Below, in pieces: positions 12,401 to 27,400 of a stretch of DNA of 64,000 bases. The stretch is from NCBI RefSeq assembly GCF_009914755.1, contig NC_060939.1; one strand, written 5' to 3'. How positions within the stretch are numbered: position 1 is the first letter of the stretch; the number at the start of each line of letters is the position of its first letter. The position numbers and the translations under genes were made by a program. This DNA comes from the human T2T-CHM13v2.0 reference genome, Homo sapiens. Below the pieces are notes generated by a model. The model was not told where the DNA came from. It did no database searches and saw only the letters and a list, made by a program, of their open reading frames with translations.

Positions 12401-15400
12401 AAAGAAGTTTCTGAGAATGCTGCTGTCTAGATTTTATATGAAGGTTTTCCCGCTTCCAACGAAATTTTCAATGCTCTCAAAATATCCTCTTGTAGATTCT
12501 ACAAAAAGAGTGTTTCCAAACTGCTGTATCAAAACAAAGGTTCATCTCTGTTAGTTGAGGACACACATCACAAATAAGTTTCTGAGAATGCTTCTGTCTA
12601 GTTCTTATTTGAAGACATTTCCTTTCTCACCTTAGGCCTGAAAGCGCTCGAAATACCCACTTCCAGATACTACAGAAACAGTGATTCAAACCTGCTCTAT
12701 GAAAGGGAATGTTCAACTAGGTGACTTGAATGCAAACATCACAAAGCAGTTTCTGAGAATGCTGCTGTCTACTTTCTATTTGTAATCCCGTTTCCAACGA
12801 AATCCTCAGAACTATCGAAATTTCCAATTGCAGATTCCACAGAAACAGGGTTTCAAAGCTGCTCTGTAAAAAGAAAGGTTCAACTCTGTTAGTTGAATAC
12901 ACACGTCACAAACAAGTTTCTGAGAATGCTTCTGTCTAGTTTTTATGGGAAGATATTTCCTTTTTCACCGTAGGCCTCAAAGCGCTCCAAATGTCCACGT
13001 CCACATACTACAAAAAGAGTGTTTCAAACCTGCTGTATGAAAGGGAATGTTCAACTCTATGAGTTGAATGCAAACATTACAAAGAAGTTTCTGAGAATGC
13101 TTCTGTCTAGATTTTATATGAAGGTTTTCCCGTTTCCAACGAAATTTTCAATGCTCTCAAAATATCCACTTGTAGATTCTACAAAAAGAGTGTTTCCAAA
13201 CTGCTGTGTCAAAAGAAAGGTTCAACTCTGTTAGTTGAGGACACACATCACAAATAAGTTTCTGAGAATGCTTCTGTCTAGTTCTTATTTGAAGACATTT
13301 CCTTTCTCACCTTAGGCCTGAAAACGCTCGAAATATCCACTTCCAGATACGACAGAAACAGTGATTCAAACCTGCTCTATGAAAGGGAATGTTCAACTAG
13401 GTGACTTGAATGCAAACATCACAAAGCAGTTTCTGAGAATGCTGCTGTCTACTTTCTATTTGTAATCCCGTTTCCAACGAAATCCTCAGAACTATCGAAA
13501 TTTCCAATTGCAGATTCCACAAAAAGCGTGTTTCAAAGCTGCTCTGTAAAAAGAAAGGTTCAACTCTGTTAGTTGAATACACACGTCACAAACAAGTTTC
13601 TGAGAATGCTTCTGTCTAGTTTTTATGGGAAGATATTTCCTTTTTCACCGTAGGCCTCAAAGCGCTCCAAATGTCCACTTCCACATACTACAAAAAGAGT
13701 GTTTCAAACCTGCTCTATGATAGGGAATGTTGAAACCTATGAGTTGAATGCAAGCATTACAAAGAGGTTTCTGAGAATGCTTCTGTCTAGATTTTATATG
13801 TAGATATTCCCGTTTCCAACGAAATCCTCAAAGCTATCCAAATATCAACTTGCAGATTCTACAAAAGGAATGTTTCCAAAATGCTGTATCCAAACAAAGG
13901 TTCAACTCTGTGAATTGAGGGCATACATCACAAAGAAGATTCTGAGAATGCTTCTGTCTAGATTTTATATGAAAATATTCCCGTTTCCAACGAAATCCTC
14001 AAAGCTATCCAAATATCCACTTGCAAATGCCACAAAAAGAGTGTTTCCAAACTGCTCTGTGAAAAGGAAGGTTCAACTCTGTTAGTTGAGTACACACATC
14101 ACAAAGAGGTTTCTGAGAATGCTGCTGACTAGTTTTTATTTGAAGATATTTCCCTTTTCACCTTAGGCCTAAGAGTGCTCGAAATGTCCATTTCCACATA
14201 CTCCACAAAGTGTGTTTCAAACGTGCTGTATGAAAGGGAATGTTCAACTCTATGAGTTGAATGCAAACATCACAAAGAAGATTCTGAGAATGCTTTTGTC
14301 TAGATTTTATATGAAGATATTCCCGTGTCCAACGAAATTTTCAAAGGTCTCCAAATATCCATTTGTAGATTCTACAAAAAGAGTGTTTCCAAACTGCTGT
14401 ATCAAAACAAAGGTTGAACTCTGTGAGTTGAGGACACACATCACAAATAAGTTTCTGAGAATGCTTCTGTCTAGTTTTTATTTGAAGATGTTTCCTTTTT
14501 CACCATAGGCCTGAAAGCGCTCGAAATGTCCACTTCCAGATAGTACAGAAAGAGTGTTTCAAACCTGCTCTATGAACGGGAATGTTCAGCTCTGTGAGTT
14601 GAATGCAAACATCACAAAGCAGGTTCCGAGAATGCTTCCGTCTAGATTTTAAATGAGGATATTCCCGTTTCCAACGAAATCCTCGAAGCTATCCAAATAT
14701 CCACTTGCAGATTCCACAAAAAGAGTGTTTCAAAACTGCTCTGTCAAAAGATAGGTTCAACTCTGTTAGTTGAGTACACACATGGCAAACAAGATTCCGA
14801 GAATGCTTTCGTCTAGTTTTTTTGGGAAGATATTTCCTTCTTCACCATAGGCCTCAAAGCGCTCCAAATATCCATTTCCACATGCTATACAAAGAGTGTC
14901 TCAAACCTGCTGTATGAATGGGAATGTTCAACTCTATGAGTTGAATGCAAACATCACAAAGAAGTTTCTGAGAATGCTGCTGTCTAGATTTTATATGAAG
15001 GTTTTCCCGCTTCCAACGAAATTTTCAATGCTCTCAAAATATCCTCTTGTAGATTCTACAAAAAGAGTGTTTCCAAACTGCTGTATCAAAACAAAGGTTC
15101 ATCTCTGTTAGTTGAGGACACACATCACAAATAAGTTTCTGAGAATGCTTCTGTCTAGTTCTTATTTGAAGACATTTCCTTTCTCACCTTAGGCCTGAAA
15201 GCGCTCGAAATACCCACTTCCAGATACTACAGAAACAGTGATTCAAACCTGCTCTATGAAAGGGAATGTTCAACTAGGTGACTTGAATGCAAACATCACA
15301 AAGCAGTTTCTGAGAATGCTGCTGTCTACTTTCTATTTGTAATCCCGTTTCCAACGAAATCCTCAGAACTATCGAAATTTCCAATTGCAGATTCCACAGA

Positions 15401-18400
15401 AACAGGGTTTCAAAGCTGCTCTGTAAAAAGAAAGGTTCAACTCTGTTAGTTGAATACACACGTCACAAACAAGTTTCTGAGAATGCTTCTGTCTAGTTTT
15501 TATGGGAAGATATTTCCTTTTTCACCGTAGGCCTCAAAGCGCTCCAAATGTCCACGTCCACATACTACAAAAAGAGTGTTTCAAACCTGCTGTATGAAAG
15601 GGAATGTTCAACTCTATGAGTTGAATGCAAACATTACAAAGAAGTTTCTGAGAATGCTTCTGTCTAGATTTTATATGAAGGTTTTCCCGTTTCCAACGAA
15701 ATTTTCAATGCTCTCAAAATATCCACTTGTAGATTCTACAAAAAGAGTGTTTCCAAACTGCTGTGTCAAAAGAAAGGTTCAACTCTGTTAGTTGAGGACA
15801 CACATCACAAATAAGTTTCTGAGAATGCTTCTGTCTAGTTCTTATTTGAAGACATTTCCTTTCTCACCTTAGGCCTGAAAACGCTCGAAATATCCACTTC
15901 CAGATACGACAGAAACAGTGATTCAAACCTGCTCTATGAAAGGGAATGTTCAACTAGGTGACTTGAATGCAAACATCACAAAGCAGTTTCTGAGAATGCT
16001 GCTGTCTACTTTCTATTTGTAATCCCGTTTCCAACGAAATCCTCAGAACTATCGAAATTTCCAATTGCAGATTCCACAAAAAGCGTGTTTCAAAGCTGCT
16101 CTGTAAAAAGAAAGGTTCAACTCTGTTAGTTGAATACACACGTCACAAACAAGTTTCTGAGAATGCTTCTGTCTAGTTTTTATGGGAAGATATTTCCTTT
16201 TTCACCGTAGGCCTCAAAGCGCTCCAAATGTCCACTTCCACATACTACAAAAAGAGTGTTTCAAACCTGCTCTATGATAGGGAATGTTGAAACCTATGAG
16301 TTGAATGCAAGCATTACAAAGAGGTTTCTGAGAATGCTTCTGTATAGATTTTATATGTAGATATTCCCGTTTCCAACGAAATCCTCAAAGCTATCCAAAT
16401 ATCAACTTGCAGATTCTACAAAAGGAATGTTTCCAAAATGCTGTATCCAAACAAAGGTTCAACTCTGTGAATTGAGGGCATACATCACAAAGAAGATTCT
16501 GAGAATGCTTCTGTCTAGATTTTATATGAAAATATTCCCGTTTCCAACGAAATCCTCAAAGCTATCCAAATATCCACTTGCAAATGCCACAAAAAGAGTG
16601 TTTCCAAACTGCTCTGTGAAAAGGAAGGTTCAACTCTGTTAGTTGAGTACACACATCACAAAGAGGTTTCTGAGAATGCTGCTGACTAGTTTTTATTTGA
16701 AGATATTTCCCTTTTCACCTTAGGCCTAAGAGTGCTCGAAATGTCCATTTCCACATACTCCACAAAGTGTGTTTCAAACGTGCTGTATGAAAGGGAATGT
16801 TCAACTCTATGAGTTGAATGCAAACATCACAAAGAAGATTCTGAGAATGCTTTTGTCTAGATTTTATATGAAGATATTCCCGTGTCCAACGAAATTTTCA
16901 AAGGTCTCCAAATATCCATTTGTAGATTCTACAAAAAGAGTGTTTCCAAACTGCTGTATCAAAACAAAGGTTGAACTCTGTGAGTTGAGGACACACATCA
17001 CAAATAAGTTTCTGAGAATGCTTCTGTCTAGTTTTTATTTGAAGATGTTTCCTTTTTCACCATAGGCCTGAAAGCGCTCGAAATGTCCACTTCCAGATAG
17101 TACAGAAAGAGTGTTTCAAACCTGCTCTATGAACGGGAATGTTCAGCTCTGTGAGTTGAATGCAAACATCACAAAGCAGGTTCTGAGAATGCTTCCGTCT
17201 AGATTTTAAATGAGGATATTCCCGTTTCCAACGAAATCCTCGAAGCTATCCAAATATCCACTTGCAGATTCCACAAAAAGAGTGTTTCAAAACTGCTCTG
17301 TCAAAAGATAGGTTCAACTCTGTTAGTTGAGTACACACATGGCAAACAAGATTGCGAGAATGCTTTCGTCTAGTTTTTTTGGGAAGATATTTCCTTCTTC
17401 ACCATAGGCCTCAAAGCGCTCCAAATATCCATTTCCACATGCTATACAAAGAGTGTCTCAAACCTGCTGTATGAATGGGAATGTTCAACTCTATGAGTTG
17501 AATGCAAACATCACAAAGAAGTTTCTGAGAATGCTGCTGTCTAGATTTTATATGAAGGTTTTCCCGCTTCCAACGAAATTTTCAATGCTCTCAAAATATC
17601 CTCTTGTAGATTCTACAAAAAGAGTGTTTCCAAACTGCTGTATCAAAACAAAGGTTCATCTCTGTTAGTTGAGGACACACATCACAAATAAGTTTCTGAG
17701 AATGCTTCTGTCTAGTTCTTATTTGAAGACATTTCCTTTCTCACCTTAGGCCTGAAAGCGCTCGAAATACCCACTTCCAGATACTACAGAAACAGTGATT
17801 CAAACCTGCTCTATGAAAGGGAATGTTCAACTAGGTGACTTGAATGCAAACATCACAAAGCAGTTTCTGAGAATGCTGCTGTCTACTTTCTATTTGTAAT
17901 CCCGTTTCCAACGAAATCCTCAGAACTATCGAAATTTCCAATTGCAGATTCCACAGAAACAGGGTTTCAAAGCTGCTCTGTAAAAAGAAAGGTTCAACTC
18001 TGTTAGTTGAATACACACGTCACAAACAAGTTTCTGAGAATGCTTCTGTCTAGTTTTTATGGGAAGATATTTCCTTTTTCACCGTAGGCCTCAAAGCGCT
18101 CCAAATGTCCACGTCCACATACTACAAAAAGAGTGTTTCAAACCTGCTGTATGAAAGGGAATGTTCAACTCTATGAGTTGAATGCAAACATTACAAAGAA
18201 GTTTCTGAGAATGCTTCTGTCTAGATTTTATATGAAGGTTTTCCCGTTTCCAACGAAATTTTCAATGCTCTCAAAATATCCACTTGTAGATTCTACAAAA
18301 AGAGTGTTTCCAAACTGCTGTGTCAAAAGAAAGGTTCAACTCTGTTAGTTGAGGACACACATCACAAATAAGTTTCTGAGAATGCTTCTGTCTAGTTCTT

Positions 18401-21400
18401 ATTTGAAGACATTTCCTTTCTCACCTTAGGCCTGAAAACGCTCGAAATATCCACTTCCAGATACGACAGAAACAGTGATTCAAACCTGCTCTATGAAAGG
18501 GAATGTTCAACTAGGTGACTTGAATGCAAACATCACAAAGCAGTTTCTGAGAATGCTGCTGTCTACTTTCTATTTGTAATCCCGTTTCCAACGAAATCCT
18601 CAGAACTATCGAAATTTCCAATTGCAGATTCCACAAAAAGCGTGTTTCAAAGCTGCTCTGTAAAAAGAAAGGTTCAACTCTGTTAGTTGAATACACACGT
18701 CACAAACAAGTTTCTGAGAATGCTTCTGTCTAGTTTTTATGGGAAGATATTTCCTTTTTCACCGTAGGCCTCAAAGCGCTCCAAATGTCCACTTCCACAT
18801 ACTACAAAAAGAGTGTTTCAAACCTGCTCTATGATAGGGAATGTTGAAACCTATGAGTTGAATGCAAGCATTACAAAGAGGTTTCTGAGAATGCTTCTGT
18901 CTAGATTTTATATGTAGATATTCCCGTTTCCAACGAAATCCTCAAAGCTATCCAAATATCAACTTGCAGATTCTACAAAAGGAATGTTTCCAAAATGCTG
19001 TATCCAAACAAAGGTTCAACTCTGTGAATTGAGGGCATACATCACAAAGAAGATTCTGAGAATGCTTCTGTCTAGATTTTATATGAAAATATTCCCGTTT
19101 CCAACGAAATCCTCAAAGCTATCCAAATATCCACTTGCAAATGCCACAAAAAGAGTGTTTCCAAACTGCTCTGTGAAAAGGAAGGTTCAACTCTGTTAGT
19201 TGAGTACACACATCACAAAGAGGTTTCTGAGAATGCTGCTGACTAGTTTTTATTTGAAGATATTTCCCTTTTCACCTTAGGCCTAAGAGTGCTCGAAATG
19301 TCCATTTCCACATACTCCACAAAGTGTGTTTCAAACGTGCTGTATGAAAGGGAATGTTCAACTCTATGAGTTGAATGCAAACATCACAAAGAAGACTCTG
19401 AGAATGCTTTTGTCTAGATTTTATATGAAGATATTCCCGTGTCCAACGAAATTTTCAAAGGTCTCCAAATATCCATTTGTAGATTCTACAAAAAGAGTGT
19501 TTCCAAACTGCTGTATCAAAACAAAGGTTGAACTCTGTGAGTTGAGGACACACATCACAAATAAGTTTCTGAGAATGCTTCTGTCTAGTTTTTATTTGAA
19601 GATGTTTCCTTTTTCACCATAGGCCTGAAAGCGCTCGAAATGTCCACTTCCAGATAGTACAGAAAGAGTGTTTCAAACCTGCTCTATGAACGGGAATGTT
19701 CAGCTCTGTGAGTTGAATGCAAACATCACAAAGCAGGTTCCGAGAATGCTTCCGTCTAGATTTTAAATGAGGATATTCCCGTTTCCAACGAAATCCTCGA
19801 AGCTATCCAAATATCCACTTGCAGATTCCACAAAAAGAGTGTTTCAAAACTGCTCTGTCAAAAGATAGGTTCAACTCTGTTAGTTGAGTACACACATGGC
19901 AAACAAGATTGCGAGAATGCTTTCGTCTAGTTTTTTTGGGAAGATATTTCCTTCTTCACCATAGGCCTCAAAGCGCTCCAAATATCCATTTCCACATGCT
20001 ATACAAAGAGTGTCTCAAACCTGCTGTATGAATGGGAATGTTCAACTCTATGAGTTGAATGCAAACATCACAAAGAAGTTTCTGAGAATGCTGCTGTCTA
20101 GATTTTATATGAAGGTTTTCCCGCTTCCAACGAAATTTTCAATGCTCTCAAAATATCCTCTTGTAGATTCTACAAAAAGAGTGTTTCCAAACTGCTGTAT
20201 CAAAACAAAGGTTCATCTCTGTTAGTTGAGGACACACATCACAAATAAGTTTCTGAGAATGCTTCTGTCTAGTTCTTATTTGAAGACATTTCCTTTCTCA
20301 CCTTAGGCCTGAAAGCGCTCGAAATACCCACTTCCAGATACTACAGAAACAGTGATTCAAACCTGCTCTATGAAAGGGAATGTTCAACTAGGTGACTTGA
20401 ATGCAAACATCACAAAGCAGTTTCTGAGAATGCTGCTGTCTACTTTCTATTTGTAATCCCGTTTCCAACGAAATCCTCAGAACTATCGAAATTTCCAATT
20501 GCAGATTCCACAGAAACAGGGTTTCAAAGCTGCTCTGTAAAAAGAAAGGTTCAACTCTGTTAGTTGAATACACACGTCACAAACAAGTTTCTGAGAATGC
20601 TTCTGTCTAGTTTTTATGGGAAGATATTTCCTTTTTCACCGTAGGCCTCAAAGCGCTCCAAATGTCCACGTCCACATACTACAAAAAGAGTGTTTCAAAC
20701 CTGCTGTATGAAAGGGAATGTTCAACTCTATGAGTTGAATGCAAACATTACAAAGAAGTTTCTGAGAATGCTTCTGTCTAGATTTTATATGAAGGTTTTC
20801 CCGTTTCCAACGAAATTTTCAATGCTCTCAAAATATCCACTTGTAGATTCTACAAAAAGAGTGTTTCCAAACTGCTGTGTCAAAAGAAAGGTTCAACTCT
20901 GTTAGTTGAGGACACACATCACAAATAAGTTTCTGAGAATGCTTCTGTCTAGTTCTTATTTGAAGACATTTCCTTTCTCACCTTAGGCCTGAAAACGCTC
21001 GAAATATCCACTTCCAGATACGACAGAAACAGTGATTCAAACCTGCTCTATGAAAGGGAATGTTCAACTAGGTGACTTGAATGCAAACATCACAAAGCAG
21101 TTTCTGAGAATGCTGCTGTCTACTTTCTATTTGTAATCCCGTTTCCAACGAAATCCTCAGAACTATCGAAATTTCCAATTGCAGATTCCACAAAAAGCGT
21201 GTTTCAAAGCTGCTCTGTAAAAAGAAAGGTTCAACTCTGTTAGTTGAATACACACGTCACAAACAAGTTTCTGAGAATGCTTCTGTCTAGTTTTTATGGG
21301 AAGATATTTCCTTTTTCACCGTAGGCCTCAAAGCGCTCCAAATGTCCACTTCCACATACTACAAAAAGAGTGTTTCAAACCTGCTCTATGATAGGGAATG

Positions 21401-24400
21401 TTGAAACCTATGAGTTGAATGCAAGCATTACAAAGAGGTTTCTGAGAATGCTTCTGTCTAGATTTTATATGTAGATATTCCCGTTTCCAACGAAATCCTC
21501 AAAGCTATCCAAATATCAACTTGCAGATTCTACAAAAGGAATGTTTCCAAAATGCTGTATCCAAACAAAGGTTCAACTCTGTGAATTGAGGGCATACATC
21601 ACAAAGAAGATTCTGAGAATGCTTCTGTCTAGATTTTATATGAAAATATTCCCGTTTCCAACGAAATCCTCAAAGCTATCCAAATATCCACTTGCAAATG
21701 CCACAAAAAGAGTGTTTCCAAACTGCTCTGTGAAAAGGAAGGTTCAACTCTGTTAGTTGAGTACACACATCACAAAGAGGTTTCTGAGAATGCTGCTGAC
21801 TAGTTTTTATTTGAAGATATTTCCCTTTTCACCTTAGGCCTAAGAGTGCTCGAAATGTCCATTTCCACATACTCCACAAAGTGTGTTTCAAACGTGCTGT
21901 ATGAAAGGGAATGTTCAACTCTATGAGTTGAATGCAAACATCACAAAGAAGATTCTGAGAATGCTTTTGTCTAGATTTTATATGAAGATATTCCCGTGTC
22001 CAACGAAATTTTCAAAGGTCTCCAAATATCCATTTGTAGATTCTACAAAAAGAGTGTTTCCAAACTGCTGTATCAAAACAAAGGTTGAACTCTGTGAGTT
22101 GAGGACACACATCACAAATAAGTTTCTGAGAATGCTTCTGTCTAGTTTTTATTTGAAGATGTTTCCTTTTTCACCATAGGCCTGAAAGCGCTCGAAATGT
22201 CCACTTCCAGATAGTACAGAAAGAGTGTTTCAAACCTGCTCTATGAACGGGAATGTTCAGCTCTGTGAGTTGAATGCAAACATCACAAAGCAGGTTCTGA
22301 GAATGCTTCCGTCTAGATTTTAAATGAGGATATTCCCGTTTCCAACGAAATCCTCGAAGCTATCCAAATATCCACTTGCAGATTCCACAAAAAGAGTGTT
22401 TCAAAACTGCTCTGTCAAAAGATAGGTTCAACTCTGTTAGTTGAGTACACACATGGCAAACAAGATTCCGAGAATGCTTTCGTCTAGTTTTTTTGGGAAG
22501 ATATTTCCTTCTTCACCATAGGCCTCAAAGCGCTCCAAATATCCATTTCCACATGCTATACAAAGAGTGTCTCAAACCTGCTGTATGAATGGGAATGTTC
22601 AACTCTATGAGTTGAATGCAAACATCACAAAGAAGTTTCTGAGAATGCTGCTGTCTAGATTTTATATGAAGGTTTTCCCGCTTCCAACGAAATTTTCAAT
22701 GCTCTCAAAATATCCTCTTGTAGATTCTACAAAAAGAGTGTTTCCAAACTGCTGTATCAAAACAAAGGTTCATCTCTGTTAGTTGAGGACACACATCACA
22801 AATAAGTTTCTGAGAATGCTTCTGTCTAGTTCTTATTTGAAGACATTTCCTTTCTCACCTTAGGCCTGAAAGCGCTCGAAATACCCACTTCCAGATACTA
22901 CAGAAACAGTGATTCAAACCTGCTCTATGAAAGGGAATGTTCAACTAGGTGACTTGAATGCAAACATCACAAAGCAGTTTCTGAGAATGCTGCTGTCTAC
23001 TTTCTATTTGTAATCCCGTTTCCAACGAAATCCTCAGAACTATCGAAATTTCCAATTGCAGATTCCACAGAAACAGGGTTTCAAAGCTGCTCTGTAAAAA
23101 GAAAGGTTCAACTCTGTTAGTTGAATACACACGTCACAAACAAGTTTCTGAGAATGCTTCTGTCTAGTTTTTATGGGAAGATATTTCCTTTTTCACCGTA
23201 GGCCTCAAAGCGCTCCAAATGTCCACGTCCACATACTACAAAAAGAGTGTTTCAAACCTGCTGTATGAAAGGGAATGTTCAACTCTATGAGTTGAATGCA
23301 AACATTACAAAGAAGTTTCTGAGAATGCTTCTGTCTAGATTTTATATGAAGGTTTTCCCGTTTCCAACGAAATTTTCAATGCTCTCAAAATATCCACTTG
23401 TAGATTCTACAAAAAGAGTGTTTCCAAACTGCTGTGTCAAAAGAAAGGTTCAACTCTGTTAGTTGAGGACACACATCACAAATAAGTTTCTGAGAATGCT
23501 TCTGTCTAGTTCTTATTTGAAGACATTTCCTTTCTCACCTTAGGCCTGAAAACGCTCGAAATATCCACTTCCAGATACGACAGAAACAGTGATTCAAACC
23601 TGCTCTATGAAAGGGAATGTTCAACTAGGTGACTTGAATGCAAACATCACAAAGCAGTTTCTGAGAATGCTGCTGTCTACTTTCTATTTGTAATCCCGTT
23701 TCCAACGAAATCCTCAGAACTATCGAAATTTCCAATTGCAGATTCCACAAAAAGCGTGTTTCAAAGCTGCTCTGTAAAAAGAAAGGTTCAACTCTGTTAG
23801 TTGAATACACACGTCACAAACAAGTTTCTGAGAATGCTTCTGTCTAGTTTTTATGGGAAGATATTTCCTTTTTCACCGTAGGCCTCAAAGCGCTCCAAAT
23901 GTCCACTTCCACATACTACAAAAAGAGTGTTTCAAACCTGCTCTATGATAGGGAATGTTGAAACCTATGAGTTGAATGCAAGCATTACAAAGAGGTTTCT
24001 GAGAATGCTTCTGTCTAGATTTTATATGTAGATATTCCCGTTTCCAACGAAATCCTCAAAGCTATCCAAATATCAACTTGCAGATTCTACAAAAGGAATG
24101 TTTCCAAAATGCTGTATCCAAACAAAGGTTCAACTCTGTGAATTGAGGGCATACATCACAAAGAAGATTCTGAGAATGCTTCTGTCTAGATTTTATATGA
24201 AAATATTCCCGTTTCCAACGAAATCCTCAAAGCTATCCAAATATCCACTTGCAAATGCCACAAAAAGAGTGTTTCCAAACTGCTCTGTGAAAAGGAAGGT
24301 TCAACTCTGTTAGTTGAGTACACACATCACAAAGAGGTTTCTGAGAATGCTGCTGACTAGTTTTTATTTGAAGATATTTCCCTTTTCACCTTAGGCCTAA

Positions 24401-27400
24401 GAGTGCTCGAAATGTCCATTTCCACATACTCCACAAAGTGTGTTTCAAACGTGCTGTATGAAAGGGAATGTTCAACTCTATGAGTTGAATGCAAACATCA
24501 CAAAGAAGATTCTGAGAATGCTTTTGTCTAGATTTTATATGAAGATATTCCCGTGTCCAACGAAATTTTCAAAGGTCTCCAAATATCCATTTGTAGATTC
24601 TACAAAAAGAGTGTTTCCAAACTGCTGTATCAAAACAAAGGTTGAACTCTGTGAGTTGAGGACACACATCACAAATAAGTTTCTGAGAATGCTTCTGTCT
24701 AGTTTTTATTTGAAGATGTTTCCTTTTTCACCATAGGCCTGAAAGCGCTCGAAATGTCCACTTCCAGATAGTACAGAAAGAGTGTTTCAAACCTGCTCTA
24801 TGAACGGGAATGTTCAGCTCTGTGAGTTGAATGCAAACATCACAAAGCAGGTTCTGAGAATGCTTCCGTCTAGATTTTAAATGAGGATATTCCCGTTTCC
24901 AACGAAATCCTCGAAGCTATCCAAATATCCACTTGCAGATTCCACAAAAAGAGTGTTTCAAAACTGCTCTGTCAAAAGATAGGTTCAACTCTGTTAGTTG
25001 AGTACACACATGGCAAACAAGATTCCGAGAATGCTTTCGTCTAGTTTTTTTGGGAAGATATTTCCTTCTTCACCATAGGCCTCAAAGCGCTCCAAATATC
25101 CATTTCCACATGCTATACAAAGAGTGTCTCAAACCTGCTGTATGAATGGGAATGTTCAACTCTATGAGTTGAATGCAAACATCACAAAGAAGTTTCTGAG
25201 AATGCTGCTGTCTAGATTTTATATGAAGGTTTTCCCGCTTCCAACGAAATTTTCAATGCTCTCAAAATATCCTCTTGTAGATTCTACAAAAAGAGTGTTT
25301 CCAAACTGCTGTATCAAAACAAAGGTTCATCTCTGTTAGTTGAGGACACACATCACAAATAAGTTTCTGAGAATGCTTCTGTCTAGTTCTTATTTGAAGA
25401 CATTTCCTTTCTCACCTTAGGCCTGAAAGCGCTCGAAATACCCACTTCCAGATACTACAGAAACAGTGATTCAAACCTGCTCTATGAAAGGGAATGTTCA
25501 ACTAGGTGACTTGAATGCAAACATCACAAAGCAGTTTCTGAGAATGCTGCTGTCTACTTTCTATTTGTAATCCCGTTTCCAACGAAATCCTCAGAACTAT
25601 CGAAATTTCCAATTGCAGATTCCACAGAAACAGGGTTTCAAAGCTGCTCTGTAAAAAGAAAGGTTCAACTCTGTTAGTTGAATACACACGTCACAAACAA
25701 GTTTCTGAGAATGCTTCTGTCTAGTTTTTATGGGAAGATATTTCCTTTTTCACCGTAGGCCTCAAAGCGCTCCAAATGTCCACGTCCACATACTACAAAA
25801 AGAGTGTTTCAAACCTGCTGTATGAAAGGGAATGTTCAACTCTATGAGTTGAATGCAAACATTACAAAGAAGTTTCTGAGAATGCTTCTGTCTAGATTTT
25901 ATATGAAGGTTTTCCCGTTTCCAACGAAATTTTCAATGCTCTCAAAATATCCACTTGTAGATTCTACAAAAAGAGTGTTTCCAAACTGCTGTGTCAAAAG
26001 AAAGGTTCAACTCTGTTAGTTGAGGACACACATCACAAATAAGTTTCTGAGAATGCTTCTGTCTAGTTCTTATTTGAAGACATTTCCTTTCTCACCTTAG
26101 GCCTGAAAACGCTCGAAATATCCACTTCCAGATACGACAGAAACAGTGATTCAAACCTGCTCTATGAAAGGGAATGTTCAACTAGGTGACTTGAATGCAA
26201 ACATCACAAAGCAGTTTCTGAGAATGCTGCTGTCTACTTTCTATTTGTAATCCCGTTTCCAACGAAATCCTCAGAACTATCGAAATTTCCAATTGCAGAT
26301 TCCACAAAAAGCGTGTTTCAAAGCTGCTCTGTAAAAAGAAAGGTTCAACTCTGTTAGTTGAATACACACGTCACAAACAAGTTTCTGAGAATGCTTCTGT
26401 CTAGTTTTTATGGGAAGATATTTCCTTTTTCACCGTAGGCCTCAAAGCGCTCCAAATGTCCACTTCCACATACTACAAAAAGAGTGTTTCAAACCTGCTC
26501 TATGATAGGGAATGTTGAAACCTATGAGTTGAATGCAAGCATTACAAAGAGGTTTCTGAGAATGCTTCTGTCTAGATTTTATATGTAGATATTCCCGTTT
26601 CCAACGAAATCCTCAAAGCTATCCAAATATCAACTTGCAGATTCTACAAAAGGAATGTTTCCAAAATGCTGTATCCAAACAAAGGTTCAACTCTGTGAAT
26701 TGAGGGCATACATCACAAAGAAGATTCTGAGAATGCTTCTGTCTAGATTTTATATGAAAATATTCCCGTTTCCAACGAAATCCTCAAAGCTATCCAAATA
26801 TCCACTTGCAAATGCCACAAAAAGAGTGTTTCCAAACTGCTCTGTGAAAAGGAAGGTTCAACTCTGTTAGTTGAGTACACACATCACAAAGAGGTTTCTG
26901 AGAATGCTGCTGACTAGTTTTTATTTGAAGATATTTCCCTTTTCACCTTAGGCCTAAGAGTGCTCGAAATGTCCATTTCCACATACTCCACAAAGTGTGT
27001 TTCAAACGTGCTGTATGAAAGGGAATGTTCAACTCTATGAGTTGAATGCAAACATCACAAAGAAGATTCTGAGAATGCTTTTGTCTAGATTTTATATGAA
27101 GATATTCCCGTGTCCAACGAAATTTTCAAAGGTCTCCAAATATCCATTTGTAGATTCTACAAAAAGAGTGTTTCCAAACTGCTGTATCAAAACAAAGGTT
27201 GAACTCTGTGAGTTGAGGACACACATCACAAATAAGTTTCTGAGAATGCTTCTGTCTAGTTTTTATTTGAAGATGTTTCCTTTTTCACCATAGGCCTGAA
27301 AGCGCTCGAAATGTCCACTTCCAGATAGTACAGAAAGAGTGTTTCAAACCTGCTCTATGAACGGGAATGTTCAGCTCTGTGAGTTGAATGCAAACATCAC

